A stretch of DNA of 60,703 nucleotides. It comes from an uncultured Clostridia bacterium (GTDB lineage: Bacteria > Bacillota > Clostridia > Christensenellales > UBA1242). The position numbers and the translations under genes were made by a program. Below the pieces are notes generated by a model. The model was not told the DNA's origin. It worked only from the letters and a program-made list of their open reading frames with translations, and made no database searches. The stretch lies in assembly GCA_934778125.1 (NCBI GenBank), contig CAKVOF010000002.1:1-60703 (forward strand), in the 5' to 3' direction. Each line of letters opens with the position of its first letter. Position 1 is the stretch's first letter. Positions 42,444 to 53,347 of this stretch are shown in pieces.

Positions 42444-43297
42444 TTTGATTTGCTTTTAATTCTAAAAATTCGCTTTATAAAACTTTTTTTATTTTTCTTT
42501 TTTATTAGTTCTAGAAGTTCTGGCATAACTTCCATCGCAGATTTATAACCTTCTTCTATCATCTCATCGATTCCTGCAAATTTCTTAGAACTGAATCTTT
42601 TCAAATCAGGTGCAATCATTAAATCCGCATTTAAGTATCCCTTAATTGCATTACTTTTCATCATAATACCAATTGAAGCCATCATTAGATCAACATATTT
42701 TGTTGACTTCGCGCCACTTCCTCTCGATGAGTTAATATCAACTGCGATTGTTCTTTCGCAACCTTGAAGCTTAGGAACATTGCTCGGAATGGTGTTTTGA
42801 AGGCCACCATCAAACAGTAAGTAGTCACCAAATTCAACTGGATTGAAAACAGCAGGAACTGCACAAGATCCAGCAACAGCTTTTGCCAAATTTCCTTTTG
42901 TTAGATGAACTTCTTCTCCTTTCAAAACATCAACTGCAACAGCACAAAATGGTGTTTTTAAATCTAAAATATCTATATCTCCTAGATTATTTTTTATTAT
43001 TCTTTCTAAACCCTCAGTTTTACTTGGCATAAAAGGAATCAAATTTGTTTTTATGTCACTTTCTTTAGTATTCCTAGCAATTTCCTCCATTTGCTTTGAT
43101 GATAAACCAGCGCAATAGAACGCTCCAATTAGTGCGCCAACACTAGTTCCCGCAACATAATCAAAAGTTATATTATTCTCTTCAAATGCTCTAATAACAC
43201 CAATCAAAGATAAACCCCTAGCCCCTCCACCACCAAGAGCTAGTCCTAATTTTTTTATTTTTTTCTTTGTTTTAACTACTAAATTTATTTTTTCCAT
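42440..43297 (-). CDS. patatin-like phospholipase
   Basis: GGGGARG oxyanion motif, GTSVGA nucleophile elbow and the DGG catalytic Asp block. Confidence 0.8.
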   Translation of the reverse strand: MEKINLVVKTKKKIKKLGLALGGGGARGLSLIGVIRAFEENNITFDYVAGTSVGALIGAFYCAGLSSKQMEEIARNTKESDIKTNLIPFMPSKTEGLERIIKNNLGDIDILDLKTPFCAVAVDVLKGEEVHLTKGNLAKAVAGSCAVPAVFNPVEFGDYLLFDGGLQNTIPSNVPKLQGCERTIAVDINSSRGSGAKSTKYVDLMMASIGIMMKSNAIKGYLNADLMIAPDLKRFSSKKFAGIDEMIEEGYKSAMEVMPELLELIKKKNKKSFIKRIFRIKSKSK

Positions 43298-43437
43298 ACT
43301 AATATGTTACCACAACTTTAATTTTTATTCAATTTTTATAGCCACTTTCATTAAACAAAATACCTTTTTTCGTATTTTATTGTTTTTATCAAACTAATAT
43401 GTTATAATGAATATATTAGATATCTTGTGAGGATAAA

Positions 43438-44112
43438 ATGTTTTTAATAACAAAAAGTTGGTACAAGCTTCTTGAAAAAGAATTTGAAAGTTCTGAATAT
43501 AAAAATTTAACGGAATGGCTAAATAAGGAATATTCCAATAAAATTATCTACCCTAAACCAGAGAATGTTTTTAGAGCATTAAACTTGGTTAAGTATGAAG
43601 ATGTTAAAGTTGTTATAATAGGCCAAGATCCGTATCATAATCCCAACCAAGCACATGGACTTTCATTTTCTGTTGAAAATGGTGTGAATCTTCCGCCATC
43701 TTTAATCAATATTTTCAAGGAAATAACTTCAGATATTGGTGGAGAAATGCCTAAAACAGGAAATTTAACAAATTGGGCAAAACAAGGAGTGTTATTACTA
43801 AACTCAGTTTTAACAGTTGAACAAAGCATGCCTAATAGCCATAAAGGAAAAGGCTGGGAAATAATTACCAGCAAGGTTATTGATTTATTAAACAAAAGAG
43901 AAGATCCTGTTGTTTTTCTCGTTTGGGGATCAAATGCAAAAAATTTAGTAAAAAATGTTGATAGATCTAAACATTATGTTTTTACCGCAGTGCACCCTAG
44001 CCCAATGAGCGCAAATCAAGGTGGTTGGTTTGGTTGCAAACATTTCAGCAAAGCTAATGAAGTTTTAGTTAAATTAGGCAAAAAGCCAATTGATTGGTTA
44101 AACTTAGAATAA
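43438..44112 (+). CDS. ung: uracil-DNA glycosylase
   Basis: VIIGQDPYH, LLLNSVLTV and HPSPMSA motifs. 224 aa. Confidence 0.9.
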   Translation: MFLITKSWYKLLEKEFESSEYKNLTEWLNKEYSNKIIYPKPENVFRALNLVKYEDVKVVIIGQDPYHNPNQAHGLSFSVENGVNLPPSLINIFKEITSDIGGEMPKTGNLTNWAKQGVLLLNSVLTVEQSMPNSHKGKGWEIITSKVIDLLNKREDPVVFLVWGSNAKNLVKNVDRSKHYVFTAVHPSPMSANQGGWFGCKHFSKANEVLVKLGKKPIDWLNLE

Positions 44113-44123
44113 GGTAGGGTAAA

Positions 44124-44669
44124 ATGATAGATAGTAAAGTATTTATTCCATTAATTATTGTTTTGGTTGGTTTATGTATATTTATACTAACAATAGTAAT
44201 GTTAAAACGCCAACCTAAAAAGAAAAAAACCTCTATTAAATCAACAAATTTATCGTTGGAATTGAATCAACATTACTGCTCGGAGGCGGAGATGAAATTT
44301 CTAGAAGCTCTACATAAAGCTTTACCAAGAGATTTTATTGCTTTCCCTTATGTTGGAGTTGATAATATTGTGAATCCAATTGGCGACAAAAATATGTACA
44401 ACAAAATATTGAGTAAATATGTTGATGTTTGCGTATTTTTGAGAAGAACAATGACACCCGTTCTTGCTATAGATTTGTTCAATTCTAACCCAATTGTGCA
44501 AGCACTAAAAAAGATGGATAGAGATGTTTATGATGCTTTAAAATGCGCTAAACTTCCAATTGTTGAAATAAGAATGGCTGAAACCTATGATTTAAATATT
44601 TTGAAAAAAAATATTATAGATAATTTGCCAAACAATGTTTATCTATTGATTAAAGACCAAAACAAATAA
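44124..44669 (+). CDS. TM-anchored DUF2726-like protein
   Basis: N-terminal TM. E..FLEAL...LP and VDVCVF....PVLAIDL resemble the DUF2726 (nuclease-fold) pattern. Confidence 0.45.
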   Translation: MIDSKVFIPLIIVLVGLCIFILTIVMLKRQPKKKKTSIKSTNLSLELNQHYCSEAEMKFLEALHKALPRDFIAFPYVGVDNIVNPIGDKNMYNKILSKYVDVCVFLRRTMTPVLAIDLFNSNPIVQALKKMDRDVYDALKCAKLPIVEIRMAETYDLNILKKNIIDNLPNNVYLLIKDQNK

Positions 44670-44750
44670 ATTTGATGCATATTTATGCGTGATGTGTTAT
44701 TTTTATAATTATGTTTTATTATTATTTTGCATTAATTTATGATCATTTGA

Positions 44751-44779
44751 TTGACACATTATTTATAAAATGATATGCT
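44751..44779 (+). promoter_or_regulatory. sigma-70 promoter with extended -10
   Basis: TTGACA (44751-44756), a 17-nt spacer ending in TGA, then TATGCT (44774-44779). About 25 nt upstream of the next start. Confidence 0.6.
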
Positions 44780-44802
44780 AACATAAAGTAAGGAGAATGA
44801 AT

Positions 44803-45075
44803 ATGAGAACAAAACCACAAACAGTTGTTACACTTTCAAACGATAAAAAATTTATTGTTGTTGATGTTTTAAAAAGTGGAAAAGAAGAATATGCTTATCT
44901 TTTAGGAGAAGAAAACAAAAAACCAATTTTCACATTTTGCACAGAGGTTATTGAAAATGATAAAGTTTTCTTAAAACCTGTAACTGACCAATACATGATT
45001 AAAAAACTTGCCACCCTATTTTCAAATGATTTGCAAGATCAATTAAAAGATGATGAAAACAATGGTGATAAGTAA
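44803..45075 (+). CDS. small acidic protein (DUF1292-like by pattern)
   Basis: Start taken at the second ATG (44803), 7 nt after AGGAG. 90 aa. Confidence 0.5.
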   Translation: MRTKPQTVVTLSNDKKFIVVDVLKSGKEEYAYLLGEENKKPIFTFCTEVIENDKVFLKPVTDQYMIKKLATLFSNDLQDQLKDDENNGDK

Positions 45076-45106
45076 AAAACTGCAAAAATAAGCAGTTTTT
45101 TCTTTT
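45076..45106 (+). terminator. rho-independent terminator
   Basis: Stem AAAACTGC / GCAGTTTT with an 8-nt loop and a T-run. Confidence 0.7.
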
Positions 45107-45194
45107 TCTAAACAATTTTAATAAATTCATATCTAATCATTAATTATAAATATGCTACCTAAAAATTTGATTGTTTTAAAACCTTATAAACTAA

Positions 45195-46532
45195 TTAATT
45201 TGTTTTATTATGCTTATCAAATAAATCAGTTATTTCTTTTATTACAATATTGTTATGCTCAACAGAATCACTTTCAACCATTATTCTAAAAACTGGTTCA
45301 GTTCCACTTGGTCTAACAACAATTCTAGCATCATTTTTATGATTTTCTTCCAGTGCTTGTAGTTCGTTCAAAAAATTAACATTTGTATTGTATTTGCCTC
45401 TAAACGATTTAGAAACATTTAAGTTTTTAATAGTTTGAGGTTCTTTTTTTATTCTTAAAAGTAAGTCTTGAATAGAGATTTTTCCATTAACAACTATATT
45501 CATAAAATAAACAGCATTAAATAGAGCATCACATGTTGTGTTATAATCGTGCATACAAATATGCCCGCTAGTTTCTCCACCAATTGAAAAATGCTCATTT
45601 TTCATAAGTTCAATAACATTTCTATCTCCCACTTGCACTCTTTTCAATGAAATACCGCACTTATTTAAACTTTTCTCAGTTCCTACGTTTGTCATAATGG
45701 TTCCAACCACACTAAGCGAATTAAGTCTATTTTTAATCTTCATATAGTTTGCAAAAACAAAAAGTATGTCATCACCATCTAATATTGTACCATCATTTAA
45801 AACCACCCTTAATCTATCGGCGTCACCATCAAACGCAAACCCTATATCACATTTATGATACAGCACTTCTCTTTGAAGATTTTCAACATGTTGTGCCCCA
45901 CATCCATTATTAACATTCAATCCATCGTTAGCATATGCTATTGGAACAATATTTGCGTGTAATTTTTTAAACACATCTAAGGCAATTTGATAATTTGATC
46001 CATTTGCGCAATCGATTGCAATATTAAATCCACTCAAATCAACTTTATTGGCCTCTAAAATTGATTCCTTATATATCTCAACTAAATTTTTATCTTCATA
46101 AAAACTACCCTTTATATTGCCATCAATTTTAGGAATATCATCAATAAATTTTTCTATCTCTTCTTCATCAGAGATGGGTAATTTATAACCGAGATTATTG
46201 ATTATTTTAATCCCATTCATATCATAGGTATTATGTGATGCCGTTACCATGATACCAATTCCTACTTCAGTTTTTGATGAAAGATAAGAAACGCACGCGG
46301 TTGGCACAATCCCAACATAACAAACATCAATTCCGTAGTTCAATAATGCACTTGTTATTGAAAAAACGAGCATATCTCCACTTATTCTTGTATCTTTACC
46401 TATTATAACTTTTCGTGGCAAATTATGAGCATAAATAAATCCAGCAACACCACATCCAACTTTATACGCTAAGTTACTATCTAAGCCATCATCAATATAT
46501 CCTCTAATACCATCAGTCCCAAAATATTTCAT
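45195..46532 (-). CDS. glmM: phosphoglucosamine mutase
   Basis: MKYFGTDGIRG, the active-site loop VTASHNTYDMNGIK, the metal loop FDGDADR, and GETSGH. Confidence 0.9.
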   Translation of the reverse strand: MKYFGTDGIRGYIDDGLDSNLAYKVGCGVAGFIYAHNLPRKVIIGKDTRISGDMLVFSITSALLNYGIDVCYVGIVPTACVSYLSSKTEVGIGIMVTASHNTYDMNGIKIINNLGYKLPISDEEEIEKFIDDIPKIDGNIKGSFYEDKNLVEIYKESILEANKVDLSGFNIAIDCANGSNYQIALDVFKKLHANIVPIAYANDGLNVNNGCGAQHVENLQREVLYHKCDIGFAFDGDADRLRVVLNDGTILDGDDILFVFANYMKIKNRLNSLSVVGTIMTNVGTEKSLNKCGISLKRVQVGDRNVIELMKNEHFSIGGETSGHICMHDYNTTCDALFNAVYFMNIVVNGKISIQDLLLRIKKEPQTIKNLNVSKSFRGKYNTNVNFLNELQALEENHKNDARIVVRPSGTEPVFRIMVESDSVEHNNIVIKEITDLFDKHNKTN

Positions 46533-46659
46533 ACAATTTCCCCCTATAATTAAACTATTTAAATATATGTTTATAAAGGGACTTTTGCTAGTAAAAAATG
46601 CATTATTAATAATTTGCTATTTATTAATTAATGCATTTGTTTAGTAAATTTAAAATCAA

Positions 46660-47247
46660 TTATTTATTTAAATATAAATCAAGTTTATTTAATATCTCTT
46701 GCTTGCAATAATTATTTTCAGAGCTAGAACCTAAAACATTATCCTTAGCAAGACCTAGGCTATTGGCAATTTTTAATAGTTGCGGTTTAATTTTTGATTT
46801 TGGAATTTTATCGCACTTTGTGGCAATAACTATGAATGGAATAGCGTAGTAACTCAAAAAATTAATCATTTGTTTATCTAAATCAGTTGGAATTATTCTT
46901 GAATCAACCAACACACAGACACATTTTAATTTTCCATTATTAACCAGATATGGCTCTAGCAAGCTTTGCCAGCCTTCAATTTCAGTTTGACTTGCTTTAG
47001 CATATCCATACCCTGGCAAATCAACAAAATAAAAACTATTATTTATTAAAAAATAATTTATTAATCTTGTTCTTCCTGGAGTTGAACTTGTTCTAGCTAA
47101 TTTTTTATTAGAACATAACATATTTAATAGAGAGCTTTTCCCAACATTACTTCTGCCAACAAAAGCAATTTGGTCTTTTTCATCTATCTTAATTTTAGAA
47201 CTATCAGCAACACTTATTATAAATTTACTATCATCTATACTTAACAT
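46660..47247 (-). CDS. engB: ribosome-biogenesis GTPase YihA/YsxC (EngB)
   Basis: G1 GRSNVGKSSLLN, G3 DLPGYG and G4 TKCDK. Confidence 0.85.
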   Translation of the reverse strand: MLSIDDSKFIISVADSSKIKIDEKDQIAFVGRSNVGKSSLLNMLCSNKKLARTSSTPGRTRLINYFLINNSFYFVDLPGYGYAKASQTEIEGWQSLLEPYLVNNGKLKCVCVLVDSRIIPTDLDKQMINFLSYYAIPFIVIATKCDKIPKSKIKPQLLKIANSLGLAKDNVLGSSSENNYCKQEILNKLDLYLNK

Positions 47248-47771
47248 AAAACACCTTTTTCCATTAAATCAATTAAAATGTTTGTTTCGTTATCGGTGTG
47301 GACTAGACCATTATCAATCATTTCTTTTAATTCATTTAGATTTATAAGTTTAAACGCCTGAACCTCTTCCTCTTGGATTTTCACATCATTTTCATCAAAA
47401 CTTGTTTTAACGCAAAAAACATCAAAAAACAATCTTTCTATTGAGCCTTCTGCAAAGTATTCTCTTCTAAATGAATAAATATATGACAAATCCTTCTTTG
47501 AAATTCTAAGACCAACTTCTTCGCCAACCTCGCGAATTGCTGTTTCTATAGATAACTCGCCAGCATCAACATGACCAGTTAAGCACATTTCCCATGAATT
47601 TGGGAAGAAAACTTTTGTGCTTGCACGCTGTTGAACTAATATTTTGCCTTTACTATTTATTATTAAAACAACAACAGCTCTATGCCACAATCCCAATTTA
47701 TGAATTTCTTCAATTGTTCTTATGTCATTTAATTTATTACCATTTTCATCTAAAATATCTATTTCTTCCAT
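47241..47771 (-). CDS. NUDIX hydrolase
   Basis: The Nudix box GHVDAGELSIETAIREVGEEVGL fits GX5EX7REUXEEXGU. Confidence 0.8.
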   Translation of the reverse strand: MEEIDILDENGNKLNDIRTIEEIHKLGLWHRAVVVLIINSKGKILVQQRASTKVFFPNSWEMCLTGHVDAGELSIETAIREVGEEVGLRISKKDLSYIYSFRREYFAEGSIERLFFDVFCVKTSFDENDVKIQEEEVQAFKLINLNELKEMIDNGLVHTDNETNILIDLMEKGVLC

Positions 47772-47996
47772 GTGTTATTACCTTTTATACTAATAGTTTA
47801 CCATATTACCCCAAAAACTACAATTTATAATTGAAACAATTTGTATTTAAATAAAAAATACATATTTTCAATCTTCAACCAAAACGCTTGTGTGCATAAT
47901 GATACATATATTTGTATTGTTATTCATATATTTAGACAAAAAAAGTCAACAATGAATATATTTCAAAATCGACTTTTTTAATACAAATTATTTTAC

Positions 47997-48500
47997 TTAA
48001 ATTAATTCAATTAAAGCAGTTTCAGCACAATCGCCAACTCTAGTTGACAATTTGACAATTCTCGTGTATCCACCACCAATCTTTAATTCTTCTGCACGCT
48101 TAGCGTATTTTGGTGCATATTCGTTAAAGATTTTTTCAATTAATGGATGATTGATATTCTTTGTTCTAGCAACAAAATTTGCTTTTGATTCTTTATCAGC
48201 TCTAACTTCTTGAATATCATATAATCTGCTCATAATTTCTCTTCTAGCAGCTAATTTTTTAGCACCATCGTTTATAACTTCTCTTTTAGAAGTAACGCCT
48301 TTAGCATCAACTGTGTTCTTTGTAACTTTAACTGTGTCTGTGTAAGTATTGATGGCAAGAGTTAATATTTTTTCCGCATATGATCTAACTTCTTTTGCTT
48401 TTGGAAGAGTTGTTTCAACTTTACCGTACCACAATAAATCAGTAGCTAATTTTTTAATAACTGCCATTCTTTGATCAGTTGGTCTACCTAGTTTTCTCAT
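47997..48500 (-). CDS. rplQ: 50S ribosomal protein L17 (with internal insertion)
   Basis: MRKLGRPTDQRMA... N-terminus and GGYTRIVKL C-terminal block. At 167 aa it is longer than the usual size of about 120 aa. Confidence 0.9.
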   Translation of the reverse strand: MRKLGRPTDQRMAVIKKLATDLLWYGKVETTLPKAKEVRSYAEKILTLAINTYTDTVKVTKNTVDAKGVTSKREVINDGAKKLAARREIMSRLYDIQEVRADKESKANFVARTKNINHPLIEKIFNEYAPKYAKRAEELKIGGGYTRIVKLSTRVGDCAETALIELI

Positions 48501-48514
48501 TGTTTTTCTCCTTT

Positions 48515-49468
48515 TTAGTCTTCATCATTTCTTAAAGATAATCCATAACTTTGAAGTTTTGCAGCAACTTCATCAAGAGATCTCTTACCTAAATTCTTAA
48601 CTTTTGCCAAATCTCTTTCAGATTTTCTTGTTAAATCTTCAACCGTACAAATACCTGCTCTTTTTAAGCAGTTATAACTTCTAACAGATAAATCCATATC
48701 TTCAATAGTCATTTCTAGAACTTTAGTTTGTTTATCTTCTTCACGATTTATTAATAAATCCATTTCAGACATACTTTCAACTAAATCAACAAACAATCCA
48801 ATATGATCTTGAACAAGTTTACCGCTTAAGCTTATAACTTCCCTTGCAGATAATGTTCCATTAGTTTCAACTTCAATTGTTAATTTGTCGTAATCAATAC
48901 TGTGTCCAACACGTGTATTTTGAACATAATAGTTAACTTTTTTAACTGGAGTAAAGTTTGAATCAACACTAATATAACCAATTGGAGCATCTTCTGGCTT
49001 ATGGTCATCGGCTTGAACAAAACCTCTACCTCTACCAATAAACACTTCTAATTCAAACTTTGCATCAGCATCTAATGTGCAGATATGAAGGTCTGGGTTT
49101 AAAATTTCAACCAAATCATTTGGCTCAAAATCTGCTGCAGTAACTTCCCCTGCACCATATTTATTTAATCTTAAGATTGTGTTGAAATCTTTTGATGTAT
49201 CCATTGATTTAACTGTTAAGTTTTTGATATTTAAAACAATATCAACAACATCTTCAGCAACTCCTCTAATTGTGCTAAACTCATGTTGTACACCATGAAT
49301 TTTAATCCCAACTGGAGCAGCACCTGGAAGTGCAGATAAAAGTACTCTTCTTAAGCAGTTTCCAAGAGTTATACCAAATCCTCTATCAAGAGGTTCAACT
49401 ATAAATCTTGCAAAACATCCATTATCAGTTTCCTCGCAAGTAATTTTAGGTTTTTCGATTTCCATCAT
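48515..49468 (-). CDS. rpoA: DNA-directed RNA polymerase subunit alpha
   Basis: EPLDRGFGITLGNCLRRVLLS and the C-terminal domain LSVRSYNCLKRAGI. Confidence 0.95.
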   Translation of the reverse strand: MMEIEKPKITCEETDNGCFARFIVEPLDRGFGITLGNCLRRVLLSALPGAAPVGIKIHGVQHEFSTIRGVAEDVVDIVLNIKNLTVKSMDTSKDFNTILRLNKYGAGEVTAADFEPNDLVEILNPDLHICTLDADAKFELEVFIGRGRGFVQADDHKPEDAPIGYISVDSNFTPVKKVNYYVQNTRVGHSIDYDKLTIEVETNGTLSAREVISLSGKLVQDHIGLFVDLVESMSEMDLLINREEDKQTKVLEMTIEDMDLSVRSYNCLKRAGICTVEDLTRKSERDLAKVKNLGKRSLDEVAAKLQSYGLSLRNDED

Positions 49469-49509
49469 ATTGAAAATTCCTCACTTTTTTGGATTTTTTT
49501 TCTTAATTA

Positions 49510-50130
49510 TTATTTAGAGTATAACTCGATAATTAAGTGTTCTTTAACATTTAGATCAATATCATCTCTTTGTGGTAAAGCAACAACTTTGCCTGTTAAA
49601 GTTGAAGCATCGAATTCTAACCATTTTGGAAGAACAATTTTCATATCTTTTAATTCTTTAAACATAGGAAGTTCTTTTTTATTATCACGAACTGCGATAA
49701 CATCATCAACTTTTACAAGGAATGAAGGAATATTAACTTTCTTTCCGTTAACAGTTATATGACCATGGTTAACAATTTGACGGCTCTCAGCTCTAGATGA
49801 GCCAATTCCCATTCTATAAACAACATTATCTAAACGGCGTTCTAATAATGAAAGCATATTTTCACCAACAATACCTTTCATATTCTCAGCCATATTGTAA
49901 TATTTCTTGAATTGTTTTTCTAAAAGACCATAACTTCTTTTAACTTTTTGTTTTTCTCTTAATTGTAAACTATATTCTGTTGGTTTCTTTCTAGCTGCAC
50001 CATGAACACCTGGAACAACAGGATTTCTTTCAATAGAACATTTACTAGATAAACATCTTTCGCCTTTTAAGAAAAGTTTGCAACCTTCTCTACGGCATAA
50101 TCTACAATCAGCGCCTGTGTATTTAGCCAT
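49510..50130 (-). CDS. rpsD: 30S ribosomal protein S4
   Basis: [16 protein letters not shown]..., SLQLREKQK and an S4 domain. Confidence 0.95.
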   Translation of the reverse strand: MAKYTGADCRLCRREGCKLFLKGERCLSSKCSIERNPVVPGVHGAARKKPTEYSLQLREKQKVKRSYGLLEKQFKKYYNMAENMKGIVGENMLSLLERRLDNVVYRMGIGSSRAESRQIVNHGHITVNGKKVNIPSFLVKVDDVIAVRDNKKELPMFKELKDMKIVLPKWLEFDASTLTGKVVALPQRDDIDLNVKEHLIIELYSK

Positions 50131-50259
50131 TTATAATTTCTCCTTTAAATTTATAAAACGAAAGTTTAATTTTAATACTTTCAAATATCTATTCTATTAA
50201 TTATTTAAAGCAATATGTATTGCTAAAATATTAACCATTCAATTAAATTAATAATTGGA

Positions 50260-50664
50260 TTATATTCTTCTGCGTTTTGGTGGTCTGCAACCATTGTGTG
50301 GAATAGGTGAAACATCTTGAATCATTGTGATGTTGATACCTGCAGTTTGGATTGCTCTAATTGCAGTTTCTCTTCCATTGCCTGGACCTTTAACAAAAAC
50401 ATCAACACTTCTAACACCCAAGTCCGCAGCAACTTTAGCAGCTTGTTCAGCAGCTTGTTGAGCAGCATATGGAGTGCTTTTTCTAGAACCTTTTAAACCC
50501 AAACTTCCTGCACTGCTCCAAGAAATAGCATTGCCAGCTTGGTCGGTTATAGTAACGATTGTGTTATTGAAAGAAGCATTAATATAAGCACAGCCTTTAT
50601 CAATATTTTTAGTTACTTTCTTTTTTCTAGTTGTAACTTTCTTCTTACTTTGTGTACTAGCCAT
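50260..50664 (-). CDS. rpsK: 30S ribosomal protein S11
   Basis: The C-terminus [18 protein letters not shown] is diagnostic. Confidence 0.95.
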   Translation of the reverse strand: MASTQSKKKVTTRKKKVTKNIDKGCAYINASFNNTIVTITDQAGNAISWSSAGSLGLKGSRKSTPYAAQQAAEQAAKVAADLGVRSVDVFVKGPGNGRETAIRAIQTAGINITMIQDVSPIPHNGCRPPKRRRI

Positions 50665-50683
50665 TGTATTCTCCTAACAAAAA

Positions 50684-51061
50684 TTATTTTTTAGCTTTTT
50701 TGCCCTTTGAAACAGTTTTCTTTGGACCTTTTCTTGTTCTTGCATTTTGTTTTGTGTTTTGACCACGAACAGGTAATCCTTTTCTGTGGCGGATTCCACG
50801 ATAACAACCAATTTCTTGCAAACGTTTAATATTTAATGAAATTTCTCTTTGCAAATCTCCTTCAACAACACAATTCTTTTCGATATAAAGTCTGATTTTT
50901 GCAACTTCATCTTCTGTTAAATCTTTAACACGTGTGTCAGGATTAATTTTGGTTTCATTCAAAATTTTAATAGCAGTTTGTTTACCAATACCATAAATAT
51001 AAGTTAAACCAATTTCAACTCTTTTTTCTCTTGGTAAATCAATTCCAGCGATACGAGCCAT
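50684..51061 (-). CDS. rpsM: 30S ribosomal protein S13
   Basis: [26 protein letters not shown]. Confidence 0.95.
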   Translation of the reverse strand: MARIAGIDLPREKRVEIGLTYIYGIGKQTAIKILNETKINPDTRVKDLTEDEVAKIRLYIEKNCVVEGDLQREISLNIKRLQEIGCYRGIRHRKGLPVRGQNTKQNARTRKGPKKTVSKGKKAKK

Positions 51062-51200
51062 TTAATTTCCTCCATAAAATTTTCTTAAATAAAATAATTA
51101 TATATATAAATGTGGTGTGTTAATTCAGCCGCACACAAACCACAGTTATTTTCAAAGCCAATATTAAGCACTTAAACAGCACTTAAATAATAAACACAAA

Positions 51201-51317
51201 TTAGCCTTGTCTTTGTTTATGTTTAGGATATTTTGAGCATATAACCATAACGGTTCCATCTCTTTTAATAACTTTGCAGTTATCACACATTTTCTTAACT
51301 GATGGTCTTACTTTCAT
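51201..51317 (-). CDS. rpmJ: 50S ribosomal protein L36 (zinc-binding form), absent from the ORF track
   Basis: The reverse complement translates to [38 protein letters not shown] followed by a stop. Confidence 0.9.
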   Translation of the reverse strand: MKVRPSVKKMCDNCKVIKRDGTVMVICSKYPKHKQRQG

Positions 51318-51318
51318 A

Positions 51319-51561
51319 TTACTTTATCTCCTCTGCTTTTTGTTGTTTCATACGCCATACTATACGGCCTTTTGTTAAATCATAAAGCGACATCTCGACT
51401 TTAACTTGGTCTCCTACTAGAATTCGGATATTGTTTAAATGAAGTTTACCAGATAAATAGGCAGTTATAACAAATCCGTTAACTAACTTAACTTTAAAAT
51501 TTGCGTTGCGAAGTACCTCAACAACAACGCCCTCAGTTTCCATAACATCTTGTTTTGACAA
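51319..51561 (-). CDS. infA: translation initiation factor IF-1
   Basis: [28 protein letters not shown] and [25 protein letters not shown]. Confidence 0.95.
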   Translation of the reverse strand: MSKQDVMETEGVVVEVLRNANFKVKLVNGFVITAYLSGKLHLNNIRILVGDQVKVEMSLYDLTKGRIVWRMKQQKAEEIK

Positions 51562-51563
51562 AA

Positions 51564-51842
51564 CTAATTGCCTCCTAGTTCTTTGTTTTTATACTCTTTT
51601 AAGAGTTTAATGATATGTGCATCTGTTGCTTTATTATTTACGATTAACTCTTTTAGATCGGTGTTTTTTAGTAAAAGATAAATATGCTTTAAATTTTTCT
51701 TTTTAGGTTTTTCTATCTTACGTGATTTCCCATTAACAATAAACGCATTGCTTTCGTTAACACTCAAAACCACAAATAGTTCACCTTTATCATGACCATA
51801 TGTTGATTTAACAACACTTCCTACATCAAATTTTGTTTGCAT
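51564..51842 (-). CDS. KOW-domain small RNA-binding protein (the map-infA spacer gene common in Clostridia-like Bacillota)
   Basis: GSVVKSTYGHDKGELFVVLSV is a KOW-like motif. Conserved position between map and infA. Confidence 0.6.
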   Translation of the reverse strand: MQTKFDVGSVVKSTYGHDKGELFVVLSVNESNAFIVNGKSRKIEKPKKKNLKHIYLLLKNTDLKELIVNNKATDAHIIKLLKEYKNKELGGN

Positions 51843-51851
51843 AAATACCCT

Positions 51852-52598
51852 TTATAAAGTTAAAATTTCTACACCATTTTCAGTTATTAAAATAGTATTT
51901 TCATAATGAGCTGCAGGAAGCCCATCTCTTGTTGCACAAGTCCAACCATCGCTTTTAAAAACAACATTTCTTTCGCCCATGTTTACCATAGGTTCAATAG
52001 CGATTGTTGCACCTGCATTAAGTTTTGCACCGCTTCCAGCTCTTCCATAATTAGGAACCATAGGATCTTCATGAAGATCTCTGCCAACACCATGCCCCAC
52101 CAATTCTCTAACAATTGAGAAACCGTTTTTTTCAACATAGGTTTGAATTCTATGTGAGATATCTCCAACAAAAGCTCCTGCCTTTAAGTCTTTAATACCT
52201 TCAAAAAAACTTTTTTCAGTTACTTTGATTAGTTTTGCAGTTTTAGCATCTATTTTTCCAACTGGAAATGTTCTTGCAGCATCTCCGTGGAAGCCATTGT
52301 ATTTAGCTCCAACATCAATGCTAATTATATCCCCTTCTTTTAAAATTACAGATTCACTAGGGATGCCGTGAACTATAACATCATTAATTGAAGTGCAAAG
52401 CGAACCAGGAAAGCCAGCATAATTTTTAAATGATGGTTTTGCACCTTTACTTTTGATAAACTCGTTTGCGAGAGTATCTAATTCCTTTGTGGAAATACCT
52501 GGTTTTATTTTAGTTTCTATATATTTAAGTGTGTCACCAGTGATTTTACAAGCAACACGCATATCAACTAAATCTTTTTCACTTTTTAATTTTATCAT
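51852..52598 (-). CDS. map: type I methionine aminopeptidase
   Basis: VHGIP, DVGA..NGFHGD, GHGVG and EPM metal-site blocks. Confidence 0.95.
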   Translation of the reverse strand: MIKLKSEKDLVDMRVACKITGDTLKYIETKIKPGISTKELDTLANEFIKSKGAKPSFKNYAGFPGSLCTSINDVIVHGIPSESVILKEGDIISIDVGAKYNGFHGDAARTFPVGKIDAKTAKLIKVTEKSFFEGIKDLKAGAFVGDISHRIQTYVEKNGFSIVRELVGHGVGRDLHEDPMVPNYGRAGSGAKLNAGATIAIEPMVNMGERNVVFKSDGWTCATRDGLPAAHYENTILITENGVEILTL

Positions 52599-53239
52599 TA
52601 TTTATTTGCATCCAATTCTTTAGTTATTATATTGAAAATTTCTTCAATTTGAGCACTAGCTTCAGTACTCTTAACATCATTAGTGTTGATTTCAAAAATC
52701 AAACCTTTTTCTTTAAAATAATTAACCAATGGGAATGTTTCTTTATTATAAGTGTTAATTCTTTCTTCAATTTTACTATCTTCAGCACGTACAATCAAGT
52801 CGCCACCACACTTTGTGCAAGTTTTACCAAGATTTCCGTCATCAATATAAATTTCACCGCAATTAGCGCAAGTTCTTCTTGCAAGAATTCTTTTTATAAC
52901 TGTTTGTTCATCTATATTAAAATATAGGATTCTATCGAAAGAATTATCTTTTAGGAAAGCTTCAGCTTGAGCGACTGTTCTTGGAAAACCATCTAAAATA
53001 AATCCATTTGCACAATCAGCCTCTTTAACTCTTTCTTTTACTAAGCCGATAGTAATTTCATCAGGAACTAATTTGCTCATATATTTTTCAGCAAGTTTTC
53101 CTAATTCAGTTTGTTCTTTTATTGCTTTTCTAAAAATGTCACCAGTTGAAATGTGTGGAATATTATAATAAGCACTTAGTTTTTTTGCTTGAGTACCTTT
53201 ACCACAACCTGGAGCACCTAACATTGATAATTTCATCAT
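52598..53239 (-). CDS. adk: adenylate kinase (zinc-lid type)
   Basis: P-loop GAPGCGKGTQ. The lid has CANCGEIY...CTKCGG. Confidence 0.95.
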   Translation of the reverse strand: MMKLSMLGAPGCGKGTQAKKLSAYYNIPHISTGDIFRKAIKEQTELGKLAEKYMSKLVPDEITIGLVKERVKEADCANGFILDGFPRTVAQAEAFLKDNSFDRILYFNIDEQTVIKRILARRTCANCGEIYIDDGNLGKTCTKCGGDLIVRAEDSKIEERINTYNKETFPLVNYFKEKGLIFEINTNDVKSTEASAQIEEIFNIITKELDANK

Positions 53240-53347
53240 TTTCCATTCCTTTGTTTTTTATTTTAATTTTTCCAAATGTGAATATCAATTTCTTTGGTAT
53301 TGGGAATTTTTAAATTATTGATATTCACATTTAAAAAGATTAATTAA

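Noticed and set aside
47941-47977. A further AAAAGTCAA motif near rplQ as another IS30 end
   Set aside because: It is a single AT-rich 9-mer without the TATAGCAAA block. It pairs with GACTTTT (47971-47977) as a weak hairpin downstream of rplQ, so a chance match or terminator is the simpler explanation.
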